Program-made: the position numbers and the translations under genes
In this document: in pieces, positions 25,878 to 39,600 of the stretch
How the letters are laid out: each line of letters starts with the position of its first letter
Numbering within the stretch: position 1 is the stretch's first letter
The notes under the pieces: model-generated
Seen by the model: the letters and a program-made list of their open reading frames with translations, nothing else
Databases searched by the model: none
What the model was told of the DNA's origin: nothing
Source of the DNA: Tubulanus polymorphus
Lineage: Eukaryota > Animalia > Nemertea
Length of the DNA stretch: 64,000 nt
NCBI RefSeq assembly: GCF_964204645.1
Contig: NC_134031.1
Location: 3,596,001 to 3,660,000, forward strand
Direction of reading: 5' to 3'

Positions 25878-28800
25878 TTAATGAGATAGAAACCCCAGAC
25901 CAGTGCAGTGAAAGCTTTACAACTTCTGCACACATTTCTAATACGTATATATTTATATATTTGGTATAATGTACACTCATGTATTAACGGGTTATCTGTT
26001 GTATAAACAGCGATAAGGACACGGTGAAAAGTATGGTAATATCCGTGTAACCTTATAACCACCTGACGCGACAGCCCCTCATACCACCACCGGGCTGTCA
26101 GATACAGAAGAAACACCGTGTGAGCTGTTTAATCACTAATCCCGTCTCCCTGAGTCCTCGACTCGTGTTTATAACCAATCGATTAGGATGTCACGCAAGC
26201 ATTTTCAGCCTTTAAGGGCCCGGGCTAATCATTCATACTAGTGCCAAATGGGTCCTGTTTGACACGTGGGCCGAATTTGGCCCGATCTAAAAACGTCCGA
26301 CCCGGCATTACCAAATTCCGTATGAACGCTACCTGGTTCGGGAAACGACACACCTCACTTGCCACAGTATCATTTCGATAGTATTTTAGTTAAGGGCCTG
26401 GTCCCGGCCAGTTCGATCTCATCTACAATAAACACTGCTTGAGAAACCTCAATGATCACTTTTTTGAAAGCGCCGATATTGCATTCGCTGGTTCATTCTT
26501 CTAGATTAGAAATATCTTTAAAGTATTTGCACAATCAAAAATTGAAAGAACGATGATAAAGTATCAAACACCTGAAACAGGGTCATGGCTCCGTGCCCAG
26601 GATTGATAGCTGCGTAAGATAAGGCCGATAGATTTCGAAATATGAAATTTTTTACAGGTATTAAAATCGCTCGCATTCAAAGACGCATTCAATTCAATAC
26701 TGGTTCGTTTTGAATAACGAAAACCGTTTGACATTCATAAATAAAATTCCTGTCGATACATAATCGGCCAGCCATAATTCGATACATGGAAGCCGTGTAT
26801 GTGTGTGAGAATTGCGGCTACCTGTGACATTTGTAACCTGGCCGTGATTAGGTTCTTCACACCACTTCAAAACGTGTACCAGCGAAATATCCAAGATTGC
26901 ATATCAAAATACTATCAACGCACCGCATTATTCTAATGACAAAATCACTTTCAATAAAACCTCAGTTTTATAGGCCTACACTGTACCAGTTTCACTTCTT
27001 AACTTTTTAAGAGCCCAATTTCTGAGTGATGACTAAGTCAAGTCCAAAGACAGTCTTTTAACTATGGAACTGGGCCGAGGTTGATAGATTTGCTGTAGAA
27101 TTTAAGATGTTCTTAAATTTAGCCTTGCCCATGCAACTAGCACCCAAGGCAAAGTTGATAAAACTGGCCATATGGTTCTCCCCATTTCCAATATCAAACT
27201 ATTTTATAGCTGTTTTGACTGGAAGTTCACAAAGGGCTACAATCTTGTTCTTATTCAAGGACTTCAGTAGTAGGACTGGTCCCATTTAGACCACAGGTCG
27301 GTTGGTCAAAACTTGGTAAAAGTAAACCATCGGATAAATACCGCGGGGACATCACTTAACTTTAACGAACTTTTGAGCGAAAGAAACTGCAAACTTTAAA
27401 CAGATCCAATATATCAAATCATTTATACTGGAGGATATCAAAAACATTCCAATATTTACCCAAGTAATAACGAACCGAAAAGCATTCTTTTCATGCGCTT
27501 TTTATCCCGGATTTCAATTGTGGTTCTTTCCTTATGCGAAAGGTTAGATACACCACGCTATAGCGCGCTATTCAATCTATCCTGACTTCATGCCGGATGT
27601 GATCAACATAACACACACACACACAGAAAAAAAAAACAGAACACGAAGGTAAATAATCGATAGACTATCGTCTCGTTTGAACGGCGAATAATCGCTCAGT
27701 TTTGTCTTTGATTGAGATTAATCGATAATTTAAGCCTAATATACGCGTGTATAATAGGCTGATATATACACGATCTATACAAACTAGACCTGGATTGATT
27801 TCCGATAAGCAGCTAGTCAGGCAGATACTCTAGTCTCGTTCATAACTCTTAATTAGACTGAACAGCTAAGTACACGAGCCTAATCTTAAATTGAAATTGA
27901 AAAAAAAAACTACCGGTAATGAAAACCGGGTTGTAACCTGCAGGGAAATCTTGACGAATAGACGATGGTTCTTCAGTGCCTCGAAACTGTCTTAACAATT
28001 TTGTTTTAGACTCGAAGTTTTTTTAATCCAGACGAATTTAATCAATCTCAACTGTGCTACTGCATTTACAGACTTTTCGCGATTTTAACTGAATGTTTTC
28101 AAGCATTTCAAAGGGGCCAGTGACTTAGTCGAAATAACGTTTACCGGCTTAAGTCCCCAAGGATATAATCCTCGTGCAAAATTCCCCTCGGTAAAAATCC
28201 CCAATCCTCTGAGATGGGTATAAGTCCCCTTTTCGGATATAGGTACATTTCAAGGCAAATTCTTTCTCCGACTCCATTCATTTAAAGAAATTAATGAACT
28301 ACAGATTTTTCTTGGGGAATTTTACCTACATTCCAAAATCACAAAACCTGGTCTGAACTAGTCGCATAATCTAATGAAAGTTGTGAAACATAATAACAAC
28401 AATTTTAGTCGATACTAGCAAATATTAATAAATCATAATTTAAAATTTTATTCTATAGATAAGCCTATATCAACAATTGACATAACTTATAATAACTAGA
28501 GGTCCTATACCAATATTGTATAATTTTCATACAATTGATTTACTATTATCAGAATATTGGTGAATCAACATCCTATCAATTTGTCAACCTTGGGACCACG
28601 CTATGTTGTATTAATTCTCTTTGCGGATATATCTCAGATGTTAACAAATAATTCAGCAAATGATGGTCGTTAGGGTTGTTAAAACCACAGGGATTTGATT
28701 ATGACATGGCCTAAAACTTGTGCAACAAATAACACAGTATGCGTAAATAGCAAGCATTAAGATATTAAAATGGCACGTGCCTAATTCATAATTCGGCACT

Positions 28801-29445
28801 TCGCTTACAATTTTCAATTTGTTTTCTTGGCAGGGATCCCACAGATGTCGACAAATAACGAGATAATTTGTGCATGACAATGTAAATAGCAAGTATTAAA
28901 ATGACGCACGTGCATTTCAAATCTATAGCAAGCCTTCTTGTTATGTGTACATGTAGTGCGAGTTTATATATATATAAAACATACAAAATACGTAACCTCA
29001 ATATAATTCATGACCTAAAGCCCTATATAAATATCATTGCAATATGCTATGAAAAACCTGACTAATTACACTGTCCATTCAATTAAACTACTACTGGCCT
29101 AATTAAATTTTCATTAGTAAGGACAATCGTAGATAACTCAATAATTACCAGGTGGCTTGTTTCAAAGTAATCAACATTAGGTTTGAATCGGGCTTTGGCT
29201 ACATCGCTCCTCACTAATTTGCAACACTAATTAATTAATTATCAATTAACCAAACTGCACTGGAATTAGGATGTAATCAACCCTGTAAGTGTAAATCCAA
29301 TTTGTAAATATTTCGCATTTGAAAAAGCGATTGTCTAGATATTTGAAACTTGCGAAAAAACACTTTTGAAATTAAATTTTGATAAGTTATGAAATGTATC
29401 GCAATTTGCAAGAACACGACATAAATATCATTGACCTAGTCCTAC

Positions 29446-29560
29446 CTCGCACATCGTCAGTGTCATCGTCTGGGTAAAATTCCACTTGTTCGTCTTTTTC
29501 ACCGACTGTCACATAAATGACAATCGGCTCCGCTGCAGTTTTTTGAGATGCTGAAGACAT
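29446..29560 (-). CDS. PDE9A: PDE9-like phosphodiesterase, coding exon 1
   Basis: ATG at 29558-29560 with an upstream in-frame stop. Encodes MSSASQKTAAEPIVIYVTVGEKDEQVEFYPDDDTDDVR+G, then donor gtagg. Phase 1 joins exon 507-656 in frame (G|AA=E). Compare PDE9 'AIYLDIDGRIQKVIF...SSDIMDLF'. Intron 657-29445. Confidence 0.72.
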
Positions 29561-29619
29561 CGTCAATGTAATCCGTACTGCTCCAACGCGACCATTATTA
29601 TGAACCTACCATTCATTCA

Positions 29620-29850
29620 CGCGCGAGCGGAGCGCGTGTACTCGATAGATTCGCAGTCAGTGTTTATGAAGCGAGCGACGCGTTCACCTCGGGCTTTTCC
29701 ACGGCACCTGTCAAAGCCAAAACTATGAAATAGTATTGACCGAAACGTTGATAGATTGCTGTAAACTGCTCTACTCACCAAAGTCTCTAAAACTAGTAAC
29801 TAAAGCTACTAAAATCTTGAGAAAAACCTTAAAATACTTTCACAATGTAA
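29620..29850. promoter_or_regulatory. Putative bidirectional promoter of PDE9-like and Polyhomeotic-like, including a candidate non-coding first exon of PHC
   Basis: The two divergent ATGs (29560 and 30612) are ~1.05 kb apart. CpG-rich stretch at 29620-29705. A + strand donor gtaagt at 29847 could splice to the acceptor at 30588-30589. Confidence 0.5.
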
Positions 29851-30611
29851 GTTTTGATTATTTCATTACTAAATCAAATTCTCACGACCAACCTACTTTC
29901 AAAAGGACTCGAACCTGATACATATCTAGGGATTTCCCAAAATGACGTCATTGTTGAATGGCTGACAATGAAAGTTTTGCCCAATTATAGAATTTTTCTG
30001 TTGTTTTTTGTTCGTTTACACTGAATTTTCGATGTTTAGAGGTGCGCCCAGTGATCTGAAGTTCCATGCACCGATTCCTCTGCCGTTTACATAGACTTTG
30101 CAAGCTACATGATGCAACGTAAGCAGGTTTAAAGGCTCGTAAATTGATGTTAAATAATGTTAAAAAAGAGAACATCCATATTATTTCTACCCATTTCTTC
30201 AGACTTCATCCTATGAAAACAAAACAAAAGAGTGGTGCTTCTTAGAAATACATAAGGTTAAAGGTTTTGGCAATGCAAAGGTTTTAATTTTTGCTTTAAA
30301 CTTAGCGTCAAGTGTGGAAGTAATGAGTTTGACGCCAGTACCCGTATTTCAATTTGGATGCTTCGGCTTCACCGTTGGCTTTTTACTAACATTTTGTGTT
30401 TTGCATTAAGTTTGTCCAAGTTGGATCCGTTCAACTCGGATGTTTGTCGAATATCACTCAAGTGGGACACATTTTTACGGATACAAAAGATCCATCTTGA
30501 GTGAAGTCTACTGTGCTTAGAAAATTCTGATCGATTAAACTATGCTGAATTGAGATTATACTGAATTGTAATTGATATTATATCGACAGGTTAGAATTCG
30601 ATTGAGAGAAA

Positions 30612-33600
30612 ATGTCCTCCGACCAACAACAATCAACCCAAGTAGCACCGGCTACGACTTCAACAGAATCGATGTCGTCATCACCGACGACTACTAACGC
30701 TCCAGCGATGACTTCGGCTACAACTGCTCCGATTCAACAACAACAGCAGGTTCGTTTGATATCTAGAATATAGTAAACTTCCGATTATCCGACGCCCTTT
30801 GTTTTCCGCTCAAATTTTGAATCTTTAGACGAGAAGATACACAATATCCGTGTATGATGATAACAAGAGACATCCCACAATAACGAAGCCAAGATTGAAA
30901 AATTCTTTTATCAGAATGATTGTATTTGAGGAGCGACGTTTCGGCTAACAACTGTTAGCCATCATCAGGCGTACTGAGAACAAAATCAAATAACAGGATA
31001 TTTATACAAAAATTAGACAAAGGATTAAGATTAAAGGATTAAGATTAAAGTAATTAATCAACAAAACATGAATATCAGTATGCCTGATGATGGCTAATGA
31101 TTTATTTAAAAGAGAAATCCATTTGATTTTAACTGAAATGACGAAGAAATTGAACCCAGAGAGTGAGTAACTACTAGCGACACCTGGTGGATCCTTGCTT
31201 GCCATAAGCGGAATCCTCAATTGCTGCAATAGCTCATTAGAATTATTTTTATTTATCTGTATCTATCAAAAAGACATCAGTCCGAACGCTGACTGAGAAT
31301 CGTGAGTTGATTGCGCTAGGGCTAGATCCAGGGGTTTTATGCAACTGAATAATGACACTAAGAGTTTATGGTATGCCTCATTCAACATGAGTTCTTCTTT
31401 GCACGTGATAGGTTCAACCACAGCAACAACAAGTTCAGTCACCTGCTCAACAACAACAACAACAACAAGCTGACCAACAACAGCAAATTCAACAACAACA
31501 AATTCAAATACAACAACAGGTAATGTTTAGAAATAACTAGCGTTAGGCCTATGTCATATGAATCATGGATTATGAAAAAAATGATTGAATTTGATGGTTT
31601 TCAAATCTTTTTGTGATGAAGATATGACTTCCTCCTCGATTGTGACTCAATGGCTGAGTAGTCTTAAACGTGCAATCTAGGTTTTATTGTTAGGGTTTAT
31701 TGGTTTGAATCTTGGTGCTGTGAATGTTTCTTCTCTGGTCTCCTTGAACCCGCGAATAATCCCCAGAGTGACGCTCGGTCATATGTGGATGAGAAGGAAA
31801 TCACGAAGACTCATCGAAAATTTTGGAGTTCAAACTTTTTCACAACGTTCTATGTCTTGTTACTTGCAGCAAGTCCAGCAGGTTCAAGCCCAACAAGTAC
31901 AACAGGCTCAGGTGCAAGTCCAACAGGCCCAGGTACAAGTACAGCAGGCTCAAGTGCAACAAGTACAGCAGGCACAAGTACAAGCGCAACAACAATTGCA
32001 ACAGTTAGGAAATCAAAATTCAGCTATAAACAACACGCCGTCTAGTCTGGGATTGACGTTACAGTCGCAGCAGGTGCAGGCGCAGGCGATGCAGCCACAG
32101 ATGCGTTCACCACTGCAACAGGTGCAGGTCATTCAGCCCGTACACAGTCAGGCGTATTTACAGCAGTTCTACAATCAACAGCAGTTCATGCTTCAAAATG
32201 CCGCGGCCGTTCAAGGTATGTTTATGGTATTTCTGAACTGATTTTTCGTTATCGTAACTTATCCGAATGATGACTCGTTTAAGTTAATTGAACTTGAAAT
32301 ACATAAATAGCGACTCAAAAACATTGACAACTTGAGTAATTGATTAATTGATTAAAAGATTTATCTTAATGGGGTTTTGCTGAGTCGATAAGAAATGAAT
32401 TTTGATCCATCCTTCAGTATACACGCGCAAGCATCCATATATGGTAAATTGTGCTGAATTGTCTACATTTAATTCAACTGTTTTATATTCGTAGCCGCGA
32501 TGCAAGTTCGCGGATTATCGCCGCAGTTGAATCTCGCGTTGCCCGGGCGTCCGATCGACCAGAAGAACACGGCGATGGTATTGCCAGCTACGAGTATGCC
32601 GCAGACGCAGGTAATATGTCCGGCAGGCGGCGGCTTCGCGTCGACCAGTGAGGACGTTACCGTATGTATAAGGTTCACATATAGGTGTCTCATCAGTCCT
32701 CGCATCAAGTCGTCTACGTATTTTTTGAAGCATCGTCTGTTGTTTGGTTATTTCTCGTCTATTCTCGTTTGAAGTACTACCTATAGATGGCAGCACTCTC
32801 CCCATCTAATTGTAACATGTAAGATAAGTTGTGGGTTCAAGCTGTAGTGTCCCGGGGCAAGACACTTATCTTCACTGCCTCTCTACCCAGGAGCAAGGGC
32901 TCCTGGCCTGATTGAGTAGTGAGAAGCAGCTCCTGTGTTATAACTCCCAAGGGAGAGATAACTGATTCACAGTTTTAGAAAGATGTATAGGCTGGGGGTA
33001 ATAAAATGAACAAGAATGAATGCTTTCAAACTGGATAGGATTCTTGCATGATATCAATTAATTCATTAGATAGGCAAAAGTTAAAAAAAGGGGTAGTTTT
33101 ACATGTTTATGGTAAGGCTATATATGATATAATGAGGGTAGGTTAAGGTTTAGATAAGTAATTTGTAGTGAGAGGGTAGTTTACGTGTAAGATTATAACT
33201 TAAAGGTAGGTTAAGTGTCTATATCATCATTGAGAGACTGATGGACTCCATTTTGTCTCATGGTGATATGGACAATGATTTTCATTGAAGAATAGCCACA
33301 GATAATAAGATTAAAACCTGCCGATTCCGTTTCCAAAACCATGGCACTAACTTTGCAATTGGTAAAAACATTCAAGGATCATTTAAAGCTTGTTTAGATT
33401 GGATTCTGTTTTTGATTTCTAACAATATTCTGATATTTTGCATGTCATTAGTTTTAGTTCACGTGTTTACTAGTAGAACATTATATTAGATTTTTCTACG
33501 GGGGAGGATAGAATTTGTAGTAAGGAAATTGCAATAATTCAATATAGGACACAAAAATAAATTCTACGCTTTCCAGTTCTGGTCGACCCGTAATATTGTG

Positions 33601-36600
33601 TCTTCGGGCAAATCCCTGAATCAGGGCAGTCCCGGGCCAAATATACAAAAGTTTGCTAAGCCAAGTTGGGTGTAAAAATGACCTATTTTATGGTAAAAAC
33701 CTGTAAGAAATTAGGCATAGCATGCTTTTGTGTGATCCCTCAAGTTTTGAAGTTTCATTTGTAAAATGTTTATATTGTTCTTTTGCCCACATGGTTGTAT
33801 GTTGTTCAGTTGACAGCTTGTACGTGTGTGTTGAGCATGCTTTGATATTTTAACGCATTGCGCGAGTTTTCAATCGTTTTTAGTCACAGTCAGTGCCCCG
33901 GTAACCCCGGTAACCCCGTGTCGTGTTTTTACGCACTTTCTCCCTTTTACATCGTCATTTAACTATCAAAAAATACGCTTAAGCATCATGTTTTTCGTCG
34001 AGTTCTTTTTACTATACATTTCACAGGTACGTGAAAACTTAACTTACCGCTTTACCCGAAGATGAAATTGGCTTCAAAATAAATTGCTTAAATTCGAATC
34101 TGAATAACTTGTCGGACCCGGGGGAACTGTCAATACTTGTACTTACTTAGATCTTAGGGTCACATCGAGATCTTCTTTTACCCCAATTGAATTCAGAATT
34201 CAACTCAAACTTTATGCCCTAAGGCCATATAGCCTTATTCTAGACACTAATAACACCAGATTATATTAAGAACATAGTTTACATAAATTAAGTAGATAGT
34301 TAGAAAACAGGTTTTGATTTAAGATTTTGGTTAGGTAAGTTTTGTGCCCTAGTCCGGATCTACGTATGTTCCTTGACTCGGCGACTATTCATTAAATCAT
34401 TCATATTGATTAATAGTAGCCGCTCGAATGCTTAAGGGTTAAGTAAGAAAAAAATCATATTTACGCAATCGGGTTTTGAGAAATTGGCGGGGAATCGCGC
34501 GCACTTGACCTTTTTGCTCTTGGTTTACTGTGACTAGAACGAATGCATGTATTCCACACACAGACGACTTGTACAACTACACCGTGGGGTATGAATCCCG
34601 CTGATATCTGGACTACCAACCCTACTCCACAGGCGGCCTTACAACAACAACAACAAGGGCAGACGCAGGCTACGGTATCTACGTCGTCGACTGGCGCGGG
34701 AACGTCTGCCATCAGCACGGCCTTGACCCCGACGTCGTCGACCGGGAAAACGTTGCAGACGATCGCCGGTAAACCGATCGCGGCGACACCCACCGCTACT
34801 CAGATGATCGCCGGGAAACCCGTGATGCAGCAGCGACCGGGAGTACCGCAGCCACTCGTTATTGGTCAAATAGGTAACCGTTGAGGATTCAGAGATTTGT
34901 GTGTACCTTACCCGGTAGTTTACTGTATTCGAACGATGATTTTGTATTTTGCAGGTGTGATTCCTAATCAAAATGCCACAAACCAGGCCCTGATGTCGCA
35001 AATGGGACAATACACCAACATGGTTAGTAAATATTCATTTTATTTCATCGATTCCTTCTAAATCAAGCGTTCACACTGGATATCTAAATTCTGAAAAGGA
35101 TTCGCTGGAGTTCAAGGCCGACTATCATTAAGGCAAATGTTATATGCATTGCGTTCGTTAACAGGTGCCAAGTAGAGATACATTATTATTATCATACTTT
35201 ATTTTGTGAATAATTATAAATTATGATATGAACAATGGAATATTCATTTACATTAGAGCTGAGTCAGCATTGATTAAGTTTGTGTACGTCTTTCACACAA
35301 TCACATTCATGGTATTCTACTGCAGTTCCTATTTATTACATTGGTATTTAATCAAAGATAGGATACTGATAGCTGAGTGTACTATCAGTCTTCAAACTCA
35401 CTGATTTTCCTATCAATCTCTAATATCTGTTCGTGTGTTTGATTTTTTCGCGTCCTTTTTTTCTGTAGGGTAAAGGGCAGACGGTGACAGTAGCAGCCGC
35501 GCAGCCACAGCTGATAAACAGCCCGATCAGATTCACCGGACATCAACTAGTCACGAATACCGGACAGATCATATCGAGTCAACCGATGTTAACAAATCCG
35601 GCGGTTCTCAATCAGCTACAGGTGCGTCTGCTTGGAAAAATATTCCAAAAATTATCAAAAACAAATTTGTGATCAACCATTGGTGAAAAATACTGAAAAA
35701 AATCTCGAAACGTTACTTGAATAAAAGTGACAGATCTGGTTTGATTGTTTTTAAGTGAAAAAAATGTGAAAAATTCAAATTATCAATCTGGCCCCTGAAG
35801 TATGATTGGATCACCACCATCTTTGATGTTTCAGTTCGAAATTCTATAAAGAACTGCGTATTCAATCATTGATTACTGTTTATTCGCAGGCAATGGCTTC
35901 TTTACAACAGAATATACCGATAGCCCAGCACGTAATCGGTAGCCAATCGCCGGGTATCCTGACCAATCAATCGCCTGTTTACATCCGCGCCACGATGCCG
36001 ATGCCGCAACAAGCTCCGCCTTTTCCAACGGTGTCGGCCGTCGGCGCATTAAACGCAGGCGCGGCTTCAGCGGCGCTGTCGAATTCGACGCCGGCGTCGC
36101 CGATGAGAATAAAACAGAACGCGTCAACCGGCGAACCGTCTGTGGTAAACAACGCGACCGCGGCGCAGCCGGTCGTCGCGCAGCAAAAACCGACGACGAT
36201 TAAACAAAATTCGAGCAGTCAAACCGTGCGTAATATGATGAATATGATGGCCCGAGTCGCAGCCGCACAAAACAGCAACAACGCCGCGAATAACAACTCG
36301 GCAACGTCTGCCGTTAATACGACGACCGTTTCAACGGCGGCGACCGCGACTTCGATACCGGCCGGCGCAGTCCGCGCTTCCGGAAATCTGTCGCGCCAGA
36401 TCAGCCGCGTGAAAGGAAAGAGCCAATCGAAACCGAGTAGTCCGGTGCCGCCGACTGCTCAGCAGAAGATCGCGTCTTCTTCGCCGGCTCCGTCTGCTCC
36501 GAGCTCGACGTCTGCTTCGACGGCAGCGGCTACGATGGTAACGAACGGCGCGAGCGGTGGCGCCAAAAGTTCAACGACTTCCGAGGCGGAATCCGCATCA

Positions 36601-39600
36601 ACGGCGTCGACTATTTTGTGTAAGGCGGAAAAAGCGTCTGACGTCATTGGCAGCGGCGCCGGCGAGAAGAAAGATGCGGCGCTGGTGAACGGCGTGAAAC
36701 CATTGGTCGATAATTCGGAAGAACCGCCGCAGTTGGAGAAACAGAAAGCGATCGTTAAACCGCACGTTTTAACTCATATCATCGACGGATACGTGATTCA
36801 AGAGGCAAACGAACCGTTTCCAGTAAGTTCACTCTTTATGATTCCATGATCGATGAAAAACTGAATTATTCAAATTTAACGTCGTCATGAGATATCTTTG
36901 CTGCCTTATTAATACAATAAACCTCGCCTGCAAACTGGTACAGGTAATAATGGTCTGATCAGGGCTAAGCTAAGGTCAGACTTGCATCATGGAAAATTCA
37001 GGGGATTTGTTAATGGGGGTAAAGCGGTATCCTTGACGCTTACCGCATTTCAAACTACATGTATGAGATAACTTTCAGTTGCTTCTGAAGTAACCTTTTT
37101 AAAACAACTTCTTTGTCCTCAATGATAATTTCATGAAAGAAATCGGGTATATGTAATGATGGAATGAATTCTATGAAATGGTTACTGATATAGTTAGGCT
37201 GGTGGTTTTACTTCTAAACAGGTACAGCGTTCATCGCTGCTCACCGACGTCGTGCCGCCGAAAATACCTCGAATCGATAAAGAAAGCGAGGAAGAACACA
37301 TGAAGGAGGATAAAGGAGAAACAACAGGTTTGTATAATTGGCGATGTTTAAATAAGGGTCGGTAATGTTAAAACGCTTAAATGGATAGAAATCAATGAAA
37401 TTAGATAATACAATACAATAATTGAACAGTTAAGTTGCTGCAGTCTCGCGATGCTATCAGGTTCAAATCCCTACTGAGGGAGGATGATGTTTTACTTATC
37501 TTCGATATTATTCAAAATGAATCGTATCATATTCCATTGACAACAAGTTTATACAATTCTAAAGATTTTCACGGGATCCAAGATCCTCTATTGTCGGTAT
37601 ACCACCGCGTCAAAATTAGGTATCCCAGTTTGCCTTCGATTAAGGTTTCCAATCAGGAAAACATAGAACAGAATTGAATTAAACATGTTCTAATAAATTG
37701 TGAAATCAGATTTTAGTGAGGTTTCATTTTGATTTTTAGTACCATCGGAAGACTGGGATGTTTCCAAAATCAAGCCCTGATTGTAGTTACAATTTAATCG
37801 ATATTATTAAATGTTTGAATTTCAGATGAGAACGGGCAGCACGCGACACTTAAATGTGAGTTCTGCGGCAAAGTTGACCTGACGGCGAAGTTTAAACGTT
37901 CAAAACGTTTCTGTTCTCTGGCATGCACTAAGAGATACAATGTCGGCTGTTCGAAAAGGCTCGGTCTCTTCCAGCCGAAAGGCAATAACGCCGGTGCGTA
38001 AAAAAATACTAGACAAACGAGAAAAAACAAAACAAAACTGGAGAAAAAAACTCACTCTCCAATTAATCATTTGATTCAGAAAAAAAAGAATTCAGAAGAC
38101 CAGTTTTTATAAAGATTATTTCTATTTGAAACGGCGATACTGTTTCTCTGTGATTTCTATATTTTTTTTTTGTTTTACCGATCTACTCTCAACTATTTAC
38201 TATCCAGATCAGAAGGGTTTGTGAAACAGGGTGTAACCAGGCTGCGTTTTTCTGAATGCAATACATAAACTTTAAAATGGTGGATGTGTAGTGGAAAAGC
38301 CGCGTACACTCAATGAGAATAGATAATGAGTTTAGCACCCACTTTATACAAATTTCATCAATGGATAACTAAAATTATTTATCAAGAATTATATTCAAAA
38401 GACACACAAAGTATTAGACTCTTTCTAGGGACCATTGTTAGGTGTGGCACATTTGTCGTGGGAGAATTTTGATAATCTAAGTTTATTCTACCTGGGTCTT
38501 CACGGACTTTGATGATCGCGTTTGAAGTTTTGATAAATGAATTATCGGACACTGGAAAATCTTAAAAATCTTGAAAAAATGTTTTCTGAAAATACTGTAG
38601 ACCATACATGGTTATAAGATAAGCTTATTGGGTTAAGTTTGACAATGAAAAGTTCAATACATTTCATGTATTTCATACCATAGAATTATTAACGCAGAAC
38701 AGTAGAAATGATTTCTGGATTTTCTAGCGAAACCTTGTTGTTTTTATTTTCGGATCAAGCAGCCGTAGTTCAGTTTTAGACAGTTTTATTTATCTTCAGT
38801 TGAGAGTAGATTTGTGTGTGTGTGTGTGCGTAGATTTGGTTAACGCGTTGTGTACTTGTTTTCTGTAACGTGTGTCAGTGAAATTAATTTTCAATTATAA
38901 GATATGCACATCTATCAATCTATCTACATACGGTATTTATTCATGTTCCTTGACACGTTCGCTGCCACAAATGAGAGATAACTCATAGTGGGTTGTACCG
39001 CATTTTTCCGGGACGAGTTATCACATTAATATTGATACCTGTTATGTTAATTCATTGCTTCCTATAAGAGATCTGTTTGCGGCTAGCACATGAATTAAAA
39101 TCATCCAGCAGAAACAAAGTATTATTTATGGGGGCATCGCAAGTTAAGCACCCACTAGATTTTTTTTTGGCGTATTTGGCAAATTGGGCCTGGCACGATG
39201 AGCAAGTCCAACCGCTAAGTGACCGGCAGCGAACGTGTTAAGATCGGTTATTTCGTTTCGTGAACCTATGTTAGCCGTGTTGAGTTTGCGATGTTGGTTT
39301 GTTGATTATACGTAGCTAGTCCATCCCGCCTATTAGCACGTACTGATTTTAAGTTCGTCGACTTTTCGTTTCATGATTCCGTAATTCCCTCGAATCGCTT
39401 GCTTTAGACATAACTGTTGTCTCGAACTGTGTGTGTATAATATCGAATATGGCATTTACGGCATTTATAGATGATCAAAAATCTAGATCAAGATTTGTAG
39501 AATGCAGATATGTCAATCTACTAACCCGGGGATGCTTCCTGAGTTAACAAGCTGATGACGTAAATCCTCATGTCTGCGGTTACGAAAACAAGTTTTATAT

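Noticed and set aside
34461-36647. Minus-strand ORFs overlapping PHC exons
   Set aside because: Antisense shadows of GC-rich coding exons.
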